Shown: positions 1-14,312 of the stretch, piece after piece | Position numbering within the stretch: position 1 is the stretch's first letter | How the letters are laid out: each line of letters starts with the position of its first letter | Assembly (NCBI GenBank): GCA_950097015.1 | Contig: CATNEN010000003.1 | Span: forward strand, 14,136,001 to 14,200,000 | Direction: 5' to 3' | Origin: Macrostomum hystrix | Taxonomy: Eukaryota; Animalia; Platyhelminthes | Length of the DNA stretch: 64,000 nt | Notes under the pieces: generated by a model | What the model was told of the DNA's origin: nothing | Seen by the model: the letters and a program-made list of their open reading frames with translations, nothing else | Databases searched by the model: none | Position numbers and translations under genes: made by a program

Positions 1-2290
1 CCCTTGTTTTATCTCTACCGTGTCTCATCTCTCCCTTGTTTTATCTCTACCGTGTCTCATCTCTCCCTTGTTTTATCTCTACCATGTCTCATCTCTCCCT
101 TGTTTCATCTCTACCGTGTCTCATCTCTCCCTTGTTTCATCTCTACCGTGTCTCATCTCTCCCTTGTTTCATCTCTACCGTGTCTCATCTCTCATGTGTC
201 TCATCTCTCCCGTGTCTCATCTCTCCCGTGTCTCATCTCTCCAGTGTCTCATCTCTCCCTTGTTTTATCTCTACCGTGTCTCATCTCTCCCTTGTTTTAT
301 CTCTACCGTGTCTCATCTCTCCCTTGTTTTATCTCTACCATGTCTCATCTCTCCCTTGTTTCATCTCTACCGTGTCTCATCTCTCCCTTGTTTCATCTCT
401 ACCGTGTCTCATCTCTCCCTTGTTTCATCTCTACCGTGTCTCAACTCTCCCTTGTTTCATCTCTACCGTGTCTCATCTCTCCCGTGTCTCATCTCTCCTG
501 TGTCTCATCTCTCCCTTGTTTTATCTCTACCATGTCTCATCTCTCCCTTGTTTTATCTCTACCGTGTCTCATCTCTCCCTTGTTTTATCTCTACCGTGTC
601 TCATCTCTCCCTTGTTTTATCTCTACCATGTCTCATCTCTCCCTTGTTTTATCTCTACCATGTCTCATCTCTCCCTTGTTTTATCTCTACCGTGTCTCAT
701 CTCTCCCTTGTTTTATCTCTACCGTGTCTCATCTCTCCCTTGTTTTATCTCTACCATGTCTCATCTCTCCCTTGTTTTATCTCTACCGTGTCTCATCTCT
801 CCCTTGTTTTATCTCTACCGTGTCTCATCTCTCCCTTGTTTTATCTCTACCATGTCTCATCTCTCCCTTGTTTCATCTCTACCGTGTCTCATCTCTCCCT
901 TGTTTCATCTCTACCGTGTCTCATCTCTCCCTTGTTTCATCTCTACCGTGTCTCATCTCTCCCTTGTTTCATCTCTACCGTGTCTCATCTCTCATGTGTC
1001 TCATCTCTCCCGTGTCTCATCTCTCCCGTGTCTCATCTCTCCAGTGTCTCATCTCTCCCTTGTTTTATCTCTACCGTGTCTCATCTCTCCCTTGTTTTAT
1101 CTCTACCGTGTCTCATCTCTCCCTTGTTTTATCTCTACCATGTCTCATCTCTCCCTTGTTTTATCTCTACCGTGTCTCATCTCTCCCTTGTTTTATCTCT
1201 ACCGTGTCTCATCTCTCCCTTGTTTTATCTCTACCATGTCTCATCTCTCCCTTGTTTTATCTCTACCGTGTCTCATCTCTCCCTTGTTTTATCTCTACCG
1301 TGTCTCATCTCTCCCTTGTTTTATCTCTACCATGTCTCATCTCTCCCTTGTTTCATCTCTACCGTGTCTCATCTCTCCCTTGTTTCATCTCTACCGTGTC
1401 TCATCTCTCCCTTGTTTCATCTCTACCGTGTCTCATCTCTCATGTGTCTCATCTCTCCCGTGTCTCATCTCTCCCGTGTCTCATCTCTCCAGTGTCTCAT
1501 CTCTCCCTTGTTTTATCTCTACCGTGTCTCATCTCTCCCTTGTTTTATCTCTACCGTGTCTCATCTCTCCCTTGTTTTATCTCTACCATGTCTCATCTCT
1601 CCCTTGTTTCATCTCTACCGTGTCTCATCTCTCCCTTGTTTCATCTCTACCGTGTCTCATCTCTCCCTTGTTTCATCTCTACCGTGTCTCAACTCTCCCT
1701 TGTTTCATCTCTACCGTGTCTCATCTCTCCCGTGTCTCATCTCTCCTGTGTCTCATCTCTCCCTTGTTTCATCTCTACCGTGTCTCATCTCTCCCGTGTC
1801 TCATCTCTCCTGTGTCTCATCTCTCCCTTGTTTCATCTCTTACTGTCCCATCTCTCCTGTGTCTCATCTCTACCGTGTCTCATCTATCCCGTGTCTCATC
1901 TCTCCTCTGTCTCATCTCTCCAGTGTCTCATCTCTCCTGTGTCTCATCTCTCCCGTGTCTCATCTCTCTAGTGTCTCATCTCTCCTCTGTCTCATCTCTC
2001 CTCTGTCTCATCTCTCCTCTGTCTCATCTCTCCAGTGTCTCATCTCTCCAGTGTCTCATCTCTACCGTGTCTCATCTCTCCAGTGTCTCATCTCTCCAGT
2101 GTCTCATCTCTACCGTGTCTCATCTCTCCAGTGTCTCATCTCTCCTCTGTCTCATCTCTCCAGTGTCTCATCTCTCCTCTGTCTCATCTCTCCTGTGTCT
2201 CATCTCTCCTCTGTCTCATCTCTCCAGTGTCTCATCTCTCCAGTGTCTCATCTCTCCTGTGTCTTATCTCTCCTCTGTCTCATCTTTCGC
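1..2290 (+). repeat. 16-bp minisatellite (CCGTGTCTCATCTCTC) with 32-bp dimer structure, truncated by the window start
   Basis: Direct reading; alternating CCTTGTTTTATCTCTA / CCGTGTCTCATCTCTC. Confidence 0.97.
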
Positions 2291-2982
2291 GTGTATGCAT
2301 ATGCATACTTACAGGATCTGTGTTTTTATTTCTAATTTTAAATCGATATTGTAGTTAGTATTGATACAAACTAATCGTTAGACTAAAAAAATCCATTTTT
2401 TCCATTTAGTCCTTTTTTATTTTCGTCCAAGAGATTCCTCATTCTAACTTCCGAATCCTTAATCCACTGCCAATTTTAATCAATCATGATTTCTGAGCAT
2501 ATATTTGATCAAATTGCTGTTTAAAGACGTACTATTTTTCAGAAGAAAACTTTTTAGTAAGACAATTATCACTGTCAAGCAATCTTGTTAGGGCAGGAAG
2601 GCCAGGGAACGGGATAACTTGAACAGTCTCTGGTTGGTTAGCAACCAAAACTTAAGAGAAAGAAAGATTTACAACTTCAACAATCAACTAGCAGTAGGAA
2701 AACCTATAGCTTCAAGCAGTGGGTGAAAATGAATGTAATTCTAATTTACATGAAATATTCGCCTAATATTTTATGATGATAAAGTCCACTGTCGGTAAGA
2801 AACTAAACGACACTAACAATGTGATTATGGCCTCCACAGTGAGGAGAAGCAGTTGTAGGTTATAAATTGAATGCTACAATAAACTTGTTGGCCATTGGCC
2901 CTAAGAATTTTCACTTTTCTTAACTGCTAAGTGACGTTGCTTAAATGTCCTACAACTACGAATATAATTATCATACGTAACT

Positions 2983-3400
2983 AGATGCAGGATGACAAAC
3001 CTGTGAGATGCAGGATGAGAAACCTGTGAGATGCAGGATGAGAAACCTGTGAGATGCAGGATGAGAAACCTGTGAGATGCAGGATGAGAAACCTGTGAGA
3101 TGCAGGATGAGAAATCTGTGGGATGCAGGATGAGAAACCTGTGAGATGCAGGATGAGAAACCTGTGAGATGCAGGATGAGAAACCTGTTAGATGCAGGAT
3201 GAGAAACCTGTGAATGCAGGATGAGAAACCTGTGAGATGCAGGATGAGAAACCTGTGAGATGCAGGATGAGAAACCTGTGAAATGCAGGATGAGAAACCT
3301 GTGAATTCAGGATGAGAAACCTGTGGGATGCAGGATGAGAAACCTGTGAGATGCAGGATGAGAAACCTGTGAATGCAGGATGAGAAACCTGTCGGATACA
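2983..3400 (+). repeat. 23-bp minisatellite CTGTGAGATGCAGGATGAGAAAC
   Basis: About 18 tandem copies. Confidence 0.95.
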
Positions 3401-4251
3401 GGGTGAGAATTCGGTGGGTTATAGTGAAAAGCCAATTCTGATCTAAAATGGCTGATTTCCGATTCTTAAGTCCCATTATTCGATGAGTTACGGATCCTAA
3501 ATTTTCGATTCTGATCCATAGTCCCATTTTCTGATCGTGAATCCTTTATTCTGATTCTAGATTTTGATTCAACTCGGTCTTATATTTGCCATTTTGAGGT
3601 TCTCAGCTTGTGTTAAGAATTTAGAAGAATTTTAATTTCTTATGGCCATGGGGATCGTGGAATCTCAATTGAAACTGGCTATCAGTTTTCTCCTGGTCTA
3701 TCTTACAGACAGTTTTATCCGAGGCTAAACACTGGAGGCGAAATAAAACTGATTGCAATCAAGATGGACTTGACAAGCAATTTAAGTTTTGGTTCTCCAT
3801 CGATTCATAATTTATTCATGGGCAGTTATACAAGCTCGTCAGCTTCTGTACAATGCGGCTTTCAAAATGTTGTGTCCTCTTTCTCTGCTGTCAAACTTTT
3901 AAACAGTCCTTTCATGTTTTCCAAATAGGCCAGTATAGAGTCAGAATTGGGGAAATAGACAAAAAACATCCCATTAAATCGAATGATTCCCCTGTCTACT
4001 GTCATTTCGTCAATGCAAAGTGCTAATTAATATTTAGAATCATCTTTGTGCAAAGTTAAACACAATTCTTAAGCGACATATTGACTTCGAGTCGCAGCTG
4101 AATAAAGCTCGCAGTTATTGTGGATAATTGGGGTATATTGAGCTGCTGTTCTCGAATATTCCAACAAAGTGACCGTAATATTCACATCTTGCGGCTCGGG
4201 TCTGGACGACTTTGCTTATCATAGCATCTGTGCATGTTATATTAAGTATTT

Positions 4252-4945
4252 ACATCTCTCCCGTGCCTCATATCTCCCGTGTCTCATCTTTCCCGTGTCT
4301 CATCTTTCCCGTGTCTCATCTCTCCCCAGTCTCGTCTCTTCCCTGTCTCATCTCTCCTGTGTCTCATCTTTCCCGTGTCTCATCTCTCCCGTGCCTCATC
4401 TCTCCCGTGTCTCATCTTTCCCGTGTCTCATCTCTCCCCAGTCTCGTCTCTTCCCTGTCTCATCTCTCCTGTGTCTCATCTTTCCCGTGTCTCATCTCTC
4501 CCCTGTCTCATCTTTCCCGTGTCTCATCTCTCCCCAGTCTCGTCTCTTCCCTGTCTCATCTCTCCTGTGTCTCATCTTTCCCGTGTCTCATCTCTCCCCA
4601 GTCTCGTCTCTTCCCTGTCTCATCTCTCCTGTGTCTCATCTTTCCCGTGTCTCATCTCTCCCCTGTCTCGTCTCTTCCCTGTCTCATCTCTCCTGTGTCT
4701 CATCTTTCCCGTGTCTCATCTCTCCCGTGTCTCATCTCTCCCGTGTCTCATCTCTCCCGTGTCTCATCTTTCCCGTGTCTCATCTCTCCCCAGTCTCGTC
4801 TCTTCCCTGTCTTATTTCTCCCGTGTCTCATCTCTCCCGTGTCTTATCTCTCCCGTGCCTCATATCTCCCGAGTTCATCTCTCCCATCTCAAACTCTCTT
4901 GTGTCGTATCTCTCCCGAGTTCATCTCTACTATGTCTCATCTCTC
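4252..4945 (+). repeat. 16-bp family minisatellite
   Basis: CCGTGTCTCATCT(C/T)TC tandem copies. Confidence 0.95.
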
Positions 4946-5734
4946 CTTCTGCCTCAGTTCTAATGCTTGTTACAAAAAGATTGATATTTTAAAAATTTGT
5001 TGCTGCCTTGCATACGCAAGAAAACTGGCCTTAGACTCTTAGTCATGCAGGATTATGCTATAATTATAAACAGCTTATTAATAGCTTATTAATAACTTGG
5101 CCTCGATGCATCGTCTATCCATGAATGAAAGGAGACGGAAATGAGTAATAGTGATGACGGGCTGGGACTGAGTCTAGCACTCACTGGGTGAGCATTGGTT
5201 AGTTGGGTACCCCATCGAAGTTTGTCGGGAGGAGACGAACTTTCAGACCTAAAGCTGAAACGCAGGCTGCTGACTAAGGTATGTCCGCTTCTTCATCAGC
5301 TACAATATCTAACAGTCAGAGTCAGAAACGACAAATAAACCCTTGATGCCTTGAATGGTGACGATGACATTGATAATCCCCCCGCGTGCTGGCAGTAAAT
5401 CATGCCTAATCCTATGCTGCTTGGTGACCAGATTCATTTATTCAGATATTAGTCAGCTAGTTGGAGGACTACGAGACAGGACGGCTGCTGGACTGCTGCT
5501 TCAATTTTATTTTCAAAAAGGAAAATGATAGCTAAGAAAGATAACTGAACTTTACGAAATCTCTGATTTGGAATACAAAAATAACATAACCAATAAAAAT
5601 AACCAATAACCCAATAAATGATATAAAAGCTAAAGTGCAGGATTTAAAAAAAAGACTTTAAAATATTTTATATCAAGAAAATACGAGCGTGAATCTTACA
5701 CTAATACCGATTTTAGAATATTAATTTTACACTA

Positions 5735-6910
5735 GGAATCCCCCATTCTAGATTAAAAATCCCAGATCCCAGATCAAGAATCGAAAATCCTAGATCAAGA
5801 ATCCCTACTCCTAGATCAAGAATCCCTCATCTTAGATCAAGAATCCCTACTCCTAGATCAAGAATCCCTAATCCAAGATCAAGAATCCCTAATCCTAGAT
5901 CAAGAATCCCCAATCCTAGATCAAGAATCCCTAACCCTAGATAAAGAATCCCAATACTAGATCAAGAATCCCTAATCCTAGATCAAGAATCCCTAATCCA
6001 AGATCAAGAATCCCTAATCCTAGATCAAGAATCCCTAATCCAAGATCAAGAATCCCTAATCCTAGATCAAGAATCCCCAATCCTAGATCAAGAATCCCTA
6101 ACCCTAGATAAAGAATCCCAATACTAGATCAAGAATCCCCAATCCTAGATCAAGAATCCCTAATCCAAGATCAAGAATCCCTAATCCTAGATCAAGAATC
6201 CCTAATCCAAGATCAAGAATCCCTAATCTTAGATCAAGAATCCCCAATCCTAGATCAAGAATCCCTAACCCTAGATAAAGAATCCCAATACTAGATCAAG
6301 AATCCCCAATCCTAGATCAAGAATCCCCAATCCTAGATCAAGAATCCACAATCCTAGATCAAGAATCCCCAATCCTAGATCAAGAATCCCAATCCTTGAT
6401 CAAGAATCCTCAATCCTAGATCAAGAATCCCCAATCCTAGATCAAGAATCCCCAATCCTAGGTCAAGGTTCCCAATACTAGATCAAGAATCCCTAATCCT
6501 AAATCAGGAATCCCTAATCCTTAATCAAGAATCCCAATACTAGATCAAGAATCCCTAATCCTAGATCAAGAATCCCAATACTAGATCAAGAATCCCTAAT
6601 CCTAGATCAAGAATCCCTAATCCTAGATCAAGAATCGCAAATCCTAGATCAAGAATTCCTAATCCTAGATCAATAATCCCAAATCCTAGTTCAAGAATCC
6701 TTTATCCTAGATCAAGAATCCCTAATCCTATATCAAGAATCCCTAATCCTAGATCAAGAATCGCAAATCCTAGATCAAGAATTCCTAATCCTAGATCAAT
6801 AATCCCAAATCCTAGTTCAAGAATCCTTTATCCTAGATCAAGAATTCCTTTTCGACATAAAAAATCCCTATCCTTGCTTTTAGAAATCCTATTCTAGATC
6901 CAGAATCCGC
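5735..6910 (+). repeat. 21-bp minisatellite AATCCCTAATCCTAGATCAAG
   Basis: About 55 copies. Confidence 0.95.
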
Positions 6911-7534
6911 AGTACTGGATTACGAATCCCATTGTAGTTTCTGCTAAACAAAATGAATTTCAGATATTTTCCGAACCCTAAAGTTTTGCTTTAAGCGGAT
7001 AAAATATTTGAATCTAATGAGTGTGCAGCATCTGTTAGAATGTTGGATGATGATGTAGCGGTTGAATTGTTGGATGCGTGGACTGCATATTGTGACATGA
7101 TTTATAACAAACACTATAGGATCTAAAGTCAGGCAGTTGTGTCAAGAATTAAGATACACCTACCAACCACATGGCACACACATAATTGAGCAATGAGCAT
7201 CGGATTGACTTGGCTACTCATTAATCACTGACTATGGATATGGTGCATGCATACACAACAACAGCTCAATATTATATACGTCAAAGTATAGCTCAGAGTG
7301 ATCAGTATTGATGATCTATCGTGGGGGCGATGTTTTATATCTCAATAGGCTTCCGTATTAGTCAGATCATGACAATAGGGGTGCATGTTTGAATGAATAT
7401 TGCAATATACGGGATTAGTAAATTAGCTACGATATTAAACAATGAGCAGGTAATTACCGCGCGAATGTGTATTATTAACTGTGATAATAAGAACTCTATT
7501 TCCTTATTTTTTAGCTTGATTTGGGAGTTTAGGC

Positions 7535-8425
7535 TGAATTTCAGGGCTTTATGAATCAGATTTCAGGGCTTTATGAATCAGATTTCAGGGCTTCATGAAT
7601 CCGATTTCAGGGCTTCATGAATCAGATTTCAGGGCTTCATGAATCCGATTTCAGGGCTTCATGAATCAGATTTCAGGGCTTCATGAATCCAATTTCAGGG
7701 CTTCATGAATCAGATTTCAGGGCTTCATGAATCCGATTTCAGGGCTTCATGAATCAGATTTCAGGGCTTCATGAATCAGATTTCAGGGCTTCATGAATCA
7801 GATTTCAGGGCTTCATGAATCCGATTTCAGGGCTTCATGAATCAGATTTCAGGGCTTCATGAATCCGATTTCAGGGCCTTATGAATCAGATTTCAGGGCT
7901 TCATGAATCCGATTTCAGGGCTTCATGAATCAGATTTCAGGGCTTCATGAATCAGATTTCAGGGCTTCATGAATCAGATTTCAGGGCTTCATGAATCCGA
8001 TTTCAGGGCTTCATGAATCAGATTTCAGGGCTTCATGAATCAGATTTCAGGGCTTCTGGAGAGAGTTCAAAACTTCAGGGTGAGCTTCAGGTCTTCAGGA
8101 GTGAAGGTTCAGGAGTTTCAGGTTCAGAGCTTCAGGTAAAAGGCTCATCGCTTTATGAAAGAGTTCATGGCTTAAAACGGAATTCAGAGCTTCAGTTAAG
8201 AGCTCAGAGCTTCAGGAAAGAGTTCAGGGCTTCAGGAAAGAGTTCAGAGCTTCAGGAAAGAGTTCAGGGCTTCAGGAAAGAGTTCAGAGCTTCAAGAAAG
8301 AGTTCAGCGTTTGGGAAAGAGCACAGAGCTTCAGGGCTTCAGTTAAGAGTTCAGGACTTCAGATAAGAGTTCAGGACTTCAGTTAGGAGTTCAGGACTTC
8401 AGATAAGAGTTCAGGACTACAGGTT
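7535..8425 (+). repeat. 22-bp minisatellite GATTTCAGGGCTTCATGAATC(A/C) grading into 20-bp AGAGTTCAG(A/G)GCTTCAGGAA
   Basis: Direct reading. Confidence 0.93.
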
Positions 8426-9302
8426 AGTATATAAAACCCCTTCTATAATAAAGTAAAAGCATTTATGGGTTGTACAAAGACACTTACTCTTGGTTTTGAA
8501 CCTTTATCAACACCCTAATGCATTTTTGTTTTGAAAGAAGTCAGTCAGTCACCCTTAAAAAATCAATCTATTTTTTAAATTTGCCTATCAACATAGATTG
8601 TCTGATACAAACAAACTTAAAAACTGATCTATACTAAAGGAAGAACGGCATGATGAAAATGATTTACAATGGACGGGACATTTGCTCGCAATATTGGCAG
8701 AATAGGCGAACACAATAACCGCGTGAATAATATACTGATAATCTATTGTTTTCGGTGAGCTATGTGTCTGTTTATCAAACGGCTAAACCATTGTGTAGCT
8801 TTGTTAACTGAAGCATTTTGATAAAAATGGCGCATTCACTAGAAAACAATGTACCCAGATTCGCCATCTAATAATTAACAGCAAGCCCTTATTCATTCCA
8901 AATAAATAATTCTAGCTTGTTTTAATGGATTATAGCAATCATACTTGACTTCATATATTAAAACCATTGCGATGTATTGATTAGATCTCTACAAGCTACA
9001 CCTACATTGAAATTCGGTCAAAGTTCGGGAATTTTTTAATAATTATTGTAAAGCGTTAGATATGAGGATGAACTACTCAATCTCGGACATTTTGATAATA
9101 TTGAATAGCTAGATCTCAAAGGAATGAGCTTTTCCGAGGCTAAATTTCCTTTCGGAATTTCAAAATCAAATTCCAAAAGAATGAAATGACAAGATTGATT
9201 GAAAGGCTATCTAGAAAATTGAACGACATTTCATCGCTGGGGAAAATTTATTTGATTGAGTAGAACTAAAATCAGCAGCGATTTTGCGAAACTAAATTTA
9301 GG

Positions 9303-9822
9303 AGAGAGCGGATGAGGGTAGAGAGCGGATGAGGGTAGAGAGCGGATGAGGGTAGAGAGCGGATGAGGGTAGAGAGCGGATGAGGGTAGAGAGCGGATGA
9401 GGGTAGAGAGCGGATGAGGGTAGAGAGCGGATGAGGGTAGAGAGCGGATGAGGGTAGAGAGCGGATGAGGGTAGAGAGCGGATGAGGGTAGAGAGCGGAT
9501 GAGGGTAGAGAGCGGATGAGGGTAGAGAGCGGATGAGGGTAGAGAGCGGATGAGGGTAGAGAGCGGATGAGGGTAGAGAGCGGGTGAGGGTAGAGAGCGG
9601 ATGAGGGTAGACAGCGGATGAGGGTAGACAGCGGATGAGGGTAGACAGCGGATGAGGGTAGACAGCGGATGAGGGTAGACAGCGGATGAGGGTAGACAGC
9701 GGATGAGGGTAGACAGCGGATGAGGGTAGACAGCGGATGAGGGTAGACAGCGGATGAGGGTAGACAGCGGATGAGGGTAGACAGCGGATGAGGGTAGACA
9801 GCGGATGAGGGTAGAGAGCGGA
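9303..9822 (+). repeat. 17-bp minisatellite GA(G/C)AGCGGATGAGGGTA
   Basis: About 30 near-perfect copies. Confidence 0.97.
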
Positions 9823-12543
9823 ATAGACAAGAGAGAGGAGAGAAGAAGAGGGGGAGAGAATAATTTTCGCCCTGAAGTAAGAAATTTAATCCCTCAAACA
9901 AACGTAAAGGCAAACTTAATCCCTAAGTCACAGAAGTGAAGCGGCTAGCGGCAGGAGGCATACACAATGCAACACATATAGCCGTATGTAGATCAACACT
10001 CTAGCAGTATTATTTTCTACTGAATGACACCGCAGACCTAACTGAGCAGTGAGCAGTTGCTCTCCCGACCCAGCTGAGCAGTCAGTGCTCAGAGAATGGC
10101 TATTTGTTTAGTTTGACATTGCCGGAGCGGATCAGAAAAGACAACAAAGAAATTGCCGCTCACTGCTTGGTATCAACAGTCGGAGATCTCAAAGCCTTTT
10201 AAAAGCTAAAGCCTTCTTCTCTGGCTCTTGCTGTCTGTCTTTCTCATTTGCTAGTCAATATATTACTCTACTCAAATGGTCAGCGGCAGTCGCTTTGCAG
10301 TGAAACGGGTTCTAACCGTTTGAAATACATATCTTACCTATTATACAAACTACCTCCACTCCTGCCTTTCCTATACTGCTGAAGTCACGTTTGTTAATAC
10401 TGAAAACAGATAGAGAACAGAAGAAGTATTAAAATAGAAATTAAATTAACTGGGGTCAGGGCATGGCCAAATCTGTAAAGAGGTTAGCAGTTAGGAGAGC
10501 AGAGAGTAATAAATAAAATTTGGCGTGGGGGCAACAGCTCAAAAAATATAAAAAAGTGATCAATCTTTTCGCTACTCAACGCCAAAACAGAAGCTAACGG
10601 GCTTTAAGCACCCGCTTAACCCTACCTCTGCAAAAGCGAGTAAGTAATAAGTAAAGAAAGCGTAGTAATGTATAGTAGCTAGTGGCTACAGAACGGGGTT
10701 AGAAAATATTTCATCAATAATAGCTTTTGAAAGGCCTTATTGACAAGTGATCACTTCGAATTAAAACCCGAATTAAAGCCCGAATTGTAACAGAACGAAT
10801 GTGAAAATAAAATAGAATGACACAAATTGCTCATTGTGTTCAATATATAATGTACAATATATTATCTGTTTGTCTTATCATAAGCCATTGAGTTAATTAA
10901 GTAGCTTTTAAGAAAAACTCACACCCACAAAATGATAAGAACCAGGCTGGCCTTCCCTTGAAAGCAGTTTGTTTTAATTACCTGATACACTCGTGAACAA
11001 ATTTAAACAAATTTTTACTCACCAACGAAAGTCAGCATCATTGTCCAGAGAATTCGTTGAAGCATCTTCTATCTACCGGTGCTGTTTTGCTTGTTGATTG
11101 ATCAGTGAAGCTTGTAAAGTAATTAGAATATTCAAGTTCGTGTGATATCCGTTTATGAATTTTCTATGCGATAACAAATTTACAACGGGGTTATAAAAAT
11201 ATAGCAGACACGGAACTCTCAGAAGCTCAACAGGACACAGTTCTGGGTTCTTAAAGAACAAAAAATACAACTAATTTGGCAGGGCACCAGTGCGTCTCTA
11301 CTGTACCTCTTGGCTGTGCAACTGCTCCCTCAAATATCGCTTATTAGATTAATGGGCCTTCGGAGGAATTCCCTGGGAATTGTGGGGGCCAGGGAATGGA
11401 CAGACTTGAGAGTTAACAGAGAGAAGGCTGGGTGTGGAGGGGGTGGGGGTCAGACTATTTAATATTAAGGGAGGGTTGAGGCCGAAAAAAACCCTCTCAC
11501 CCAAAATCACTCGTGGGCCTCTGATTGGCTGCGGGTCGCGGGCCTATGTCCACCCTTCTGCTAAATTCAGCCACTGATGCACTCTGCACCAGTTCTAAAC
11601 TTAAATAAAAAATAAACCCCCTTATCCGTTTATTCAAGTATATGAAGAGCCTGTCCGACGTCTGTCCTGCAAAAAACGGAACAGTTGTCTTAGTGCAAGT
11701 AAATAACGGAAATGAATTTGGGATAAAGTGTCTCATCGGACAAATCAGAGCCTAATTAAAACATTTACTTTACTGACAAATCCCGGCCTCCTTTCTCACA
11801 TCGGACAACCTAGATTTCTTTGTTCGCTCATTTTCATTTGTTTGACCCTTGACAAAACAGTCGTAGAGCGCCAGCTATCCGTAACAAAAACACATTTCCT
11901 TCATAAATTTCCTGCTTACCTAACTAAAACAACACTCAAGTCACAGAAGCGCACAAAGTGTGCCTGACTCTTTGTCACATGATACTCTGTAACGATTTAT
12001 TATGCTCGGGCTCTCGATAAAGAAGGTTATTTAGTCTCTAGTTTTCTTGGAAAGCAATCGATCGTGTAGCAAACTGTCGCTAAACACAACAAAATTCTGT
12101 TTTGGTCTCTCAACACACCAGTTATTTGCACACTGCGGTAACTAAAGTCTTCTGTTAGTCAGTCAGTCATTCAGTTTGTTTTTTTACTGGCTGTGACTGA
12201 CTGAAAATATTTTTTATCCTCTTACGGAGAAGAGTCAAGAATTCATAAAATCTGTGTGAGACAGAATACTGGATTAGCGTTTATTATCCCGTAACAGTCA
12301 AAGCCCGGAAGTCCAAAAATTAGGATCTTGCTGACTATTTCGCCTATGCATTTAAATAGTGTTAATTCCAAAAAAATAAATATTTCTTTTCCTGTTTAAC
12401 TATGCTTTGATATCGAAAAAGGCTTGTCCTATGACCGGAAAGAAAAAAACTGCTTATAATTGTTTCAATGCTGCGGTGTTGTCAGACCAGGGTTACTTTT
12501 CGACTGTCTGTTTTCATTTTCCCACTGGGACAGTCCTATCACC

Positions 12544-13356
12544 TAGGGGTCGGCAAACTCCGGCCTGCGGGCCAGATGCGGCCCTCGAAGCTCCCTAATC
12601 CGGCCCGTTGCCATCTCATCTCTCATGTGTCTCATCTCTTCTGTGTCTCATCTCTCCCGTGTCTCATCTCTCCTGTGTCTCATCTCTCCCGTGTCTCATC
12701 TCTCCCGTGTCTCATCTCTCCTGTGTCTCATCTCTCCTGTGTCTCATCTCTCCTGTGTCTCATCTCTCCCGTGTCTCATCTCTCCTGTGTCTCATCTCTC
12801 CCGTGTCTCATCTCTCCCGTGTCTCATCTCTCACGTGTCTCATCTCTCCTGTGTCTCATCTCTCCTGTGTCTCATCTCTCCCTTGTTTCATCTCTTCTGT
12901 CCCATCTCTCCTGTGTCTCATCTCTCCCGTGTCTCATCTCTCACGTGTCTCATCTCTTCTGTGTCTTATCTCTCCTGTCTCATCTCTCCTGTGTCTTATC
13001 TCTCCTGTGTCTCATCTCTTCTGTGTCTCATCTCTCCTGTGTCTTATCTCTCCCGTGTCTCATCTCTCATGTGTCTTATCTCTCCTGTCTCATCTCACCC
13101 GTGTCTCATCTCTTCTGTGTCTCATCTCTCCTGTCTCATCTCTCCTGTGTCTTATCTCTCCTGTCTCATCTCTCATATGTCTCATCTCTCCTGTGTCTCA
13201 TCTCTCTTGTCTCATCTCTCCTGTCTCATCTCTCTCGTGTCTCATCTCTCCCGTGTCTCATCTCTCCCCTATCTCATGTTTCTACAGTCAATGCGGCCCG
13301 CTGTCCTATTTTACGTTTCTCTGTGGCCCGTTAGCTAATAAGTTTGCCGACCCCTG
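12544..13356. mobile_element. Non-autonomous hAT (Charlie/MER58-like) MITE with internal 16-bp minisatellite
   Basis: TIRs (t)AGGGGTCGGCAAACT at 12544-12559 and AGTTTGCCGACCCCTG at 13341-13356; subterminal GCGGGCC/CGGCCC motifs typical of Charlie-group ends. No clean 8-bp TSD. Confidence 0.8.
12612..13277 (+). repeat. 16-bp family minisatellite inside the hAT MITE
   Basis: CTCATCTCTCC(C/T)GTGT tandem copies. Confidence 0.95.
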
Positions 13357-14211
13357 CTAGAGCATATAACCAATTCTGTTTTTCCTAACAGAAAAATTCT
13401 TTCTTCAAAAAGTCTTTCACATCAAGCTATAGCCCATCATCCTTCTCCTTGCCGATGTCTGGGGGGTGACACCACGCGGGTAGCACAATCCAACCCGCCG
13501 CAGCCATCGGGCCCTGCAGACGGAGAGGCAGGTGCCGAGGTTCACTGGATCATCCATCACGGAGGAGTGACCCAAACTTTCATGCGGCAATGCTTCTAAA
13601 GCTCCAGAGAAGGGGCTAATTAATACTCGCAGACATAAGGGAAACTAGTGTGGGATTCTTTCAGAATTGTCTGACGCGTTGTTTTGGTGGGCAGGAATGT
13701 ATATATTATATATATATATAGCTTCGAAAATGAATATTGTAAAGGGCGATGGGAATTGGGATATGGGGTCTTCCGAACAGCTTCAATACAGCGGCCCAAT
13801 CATCTCCAATAGCCCAAGTGTATGGGATATTTCTCCCCTCCCAAGAGAGGAGTTAGCGACTGTCGGGTTGAAGGGAAAGAACTGGAAGGGTTTTGGCATG
13901 AAAATGGCAATCCGTCATCTTGTCAGGGAGAGAAGGGGCGCATGACCATATGTGAAAAGCATGAGTGTGTATTTAGGCAGTGACGTAGGCCCTTAAAATA
14001 GCAGTGATTTATTTCAGCTCAACCATCTGATCATATATTTATATTTAGATATATTCGAAATTTGAAACATATATTACAATAGTCTCTAATCTATTTTCAG
14101 ATGGTGTTCTCACACAGACTTTCAGTGATCAAGGTCATTCCCTATTTAAAAATCCCTATTTATAGAATCCCAGATTTTGGCGGAATCATTAGGCGATAGT
14201 AGACCCTGTTC

Positions 14212-14312
14212 CACTGACTCCTGAGCACATACTCACACAGGTGTGTACATCTGCCCCGACTTTCTCATTGTCAGACAGTGTACACTCTCACTGTACCTTT
14301 GGTGACTGGCTG
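14212..14312 (-). mobile_element. SINE family 2 fragment
   Basis: CTGACTCCTGAGCACA...GGTGTGTACATCTGCCCCGACTTTCTCATTGTCAGACAGTGTACAC matches 33376-33500. Confidence 0.6.

Noticed and set aside
4-2354. 650-770 aa ORFs in all three + frames (and similar ORFs at 4169-5042, 12468-13360, 51876-54339, 57858-58941)
   Set aside because: These are translations of the 16-bp minisatellite, which lacks stops on one strand; the same periodic peptide appears in every frame.
13430-13990. Possible LINE fragments (also 5100-5500 and 19740-20070)
   Set aside because: Only faint resemblance to RTE/CR1 C-terminal segments; cannot be supported without a profile search.
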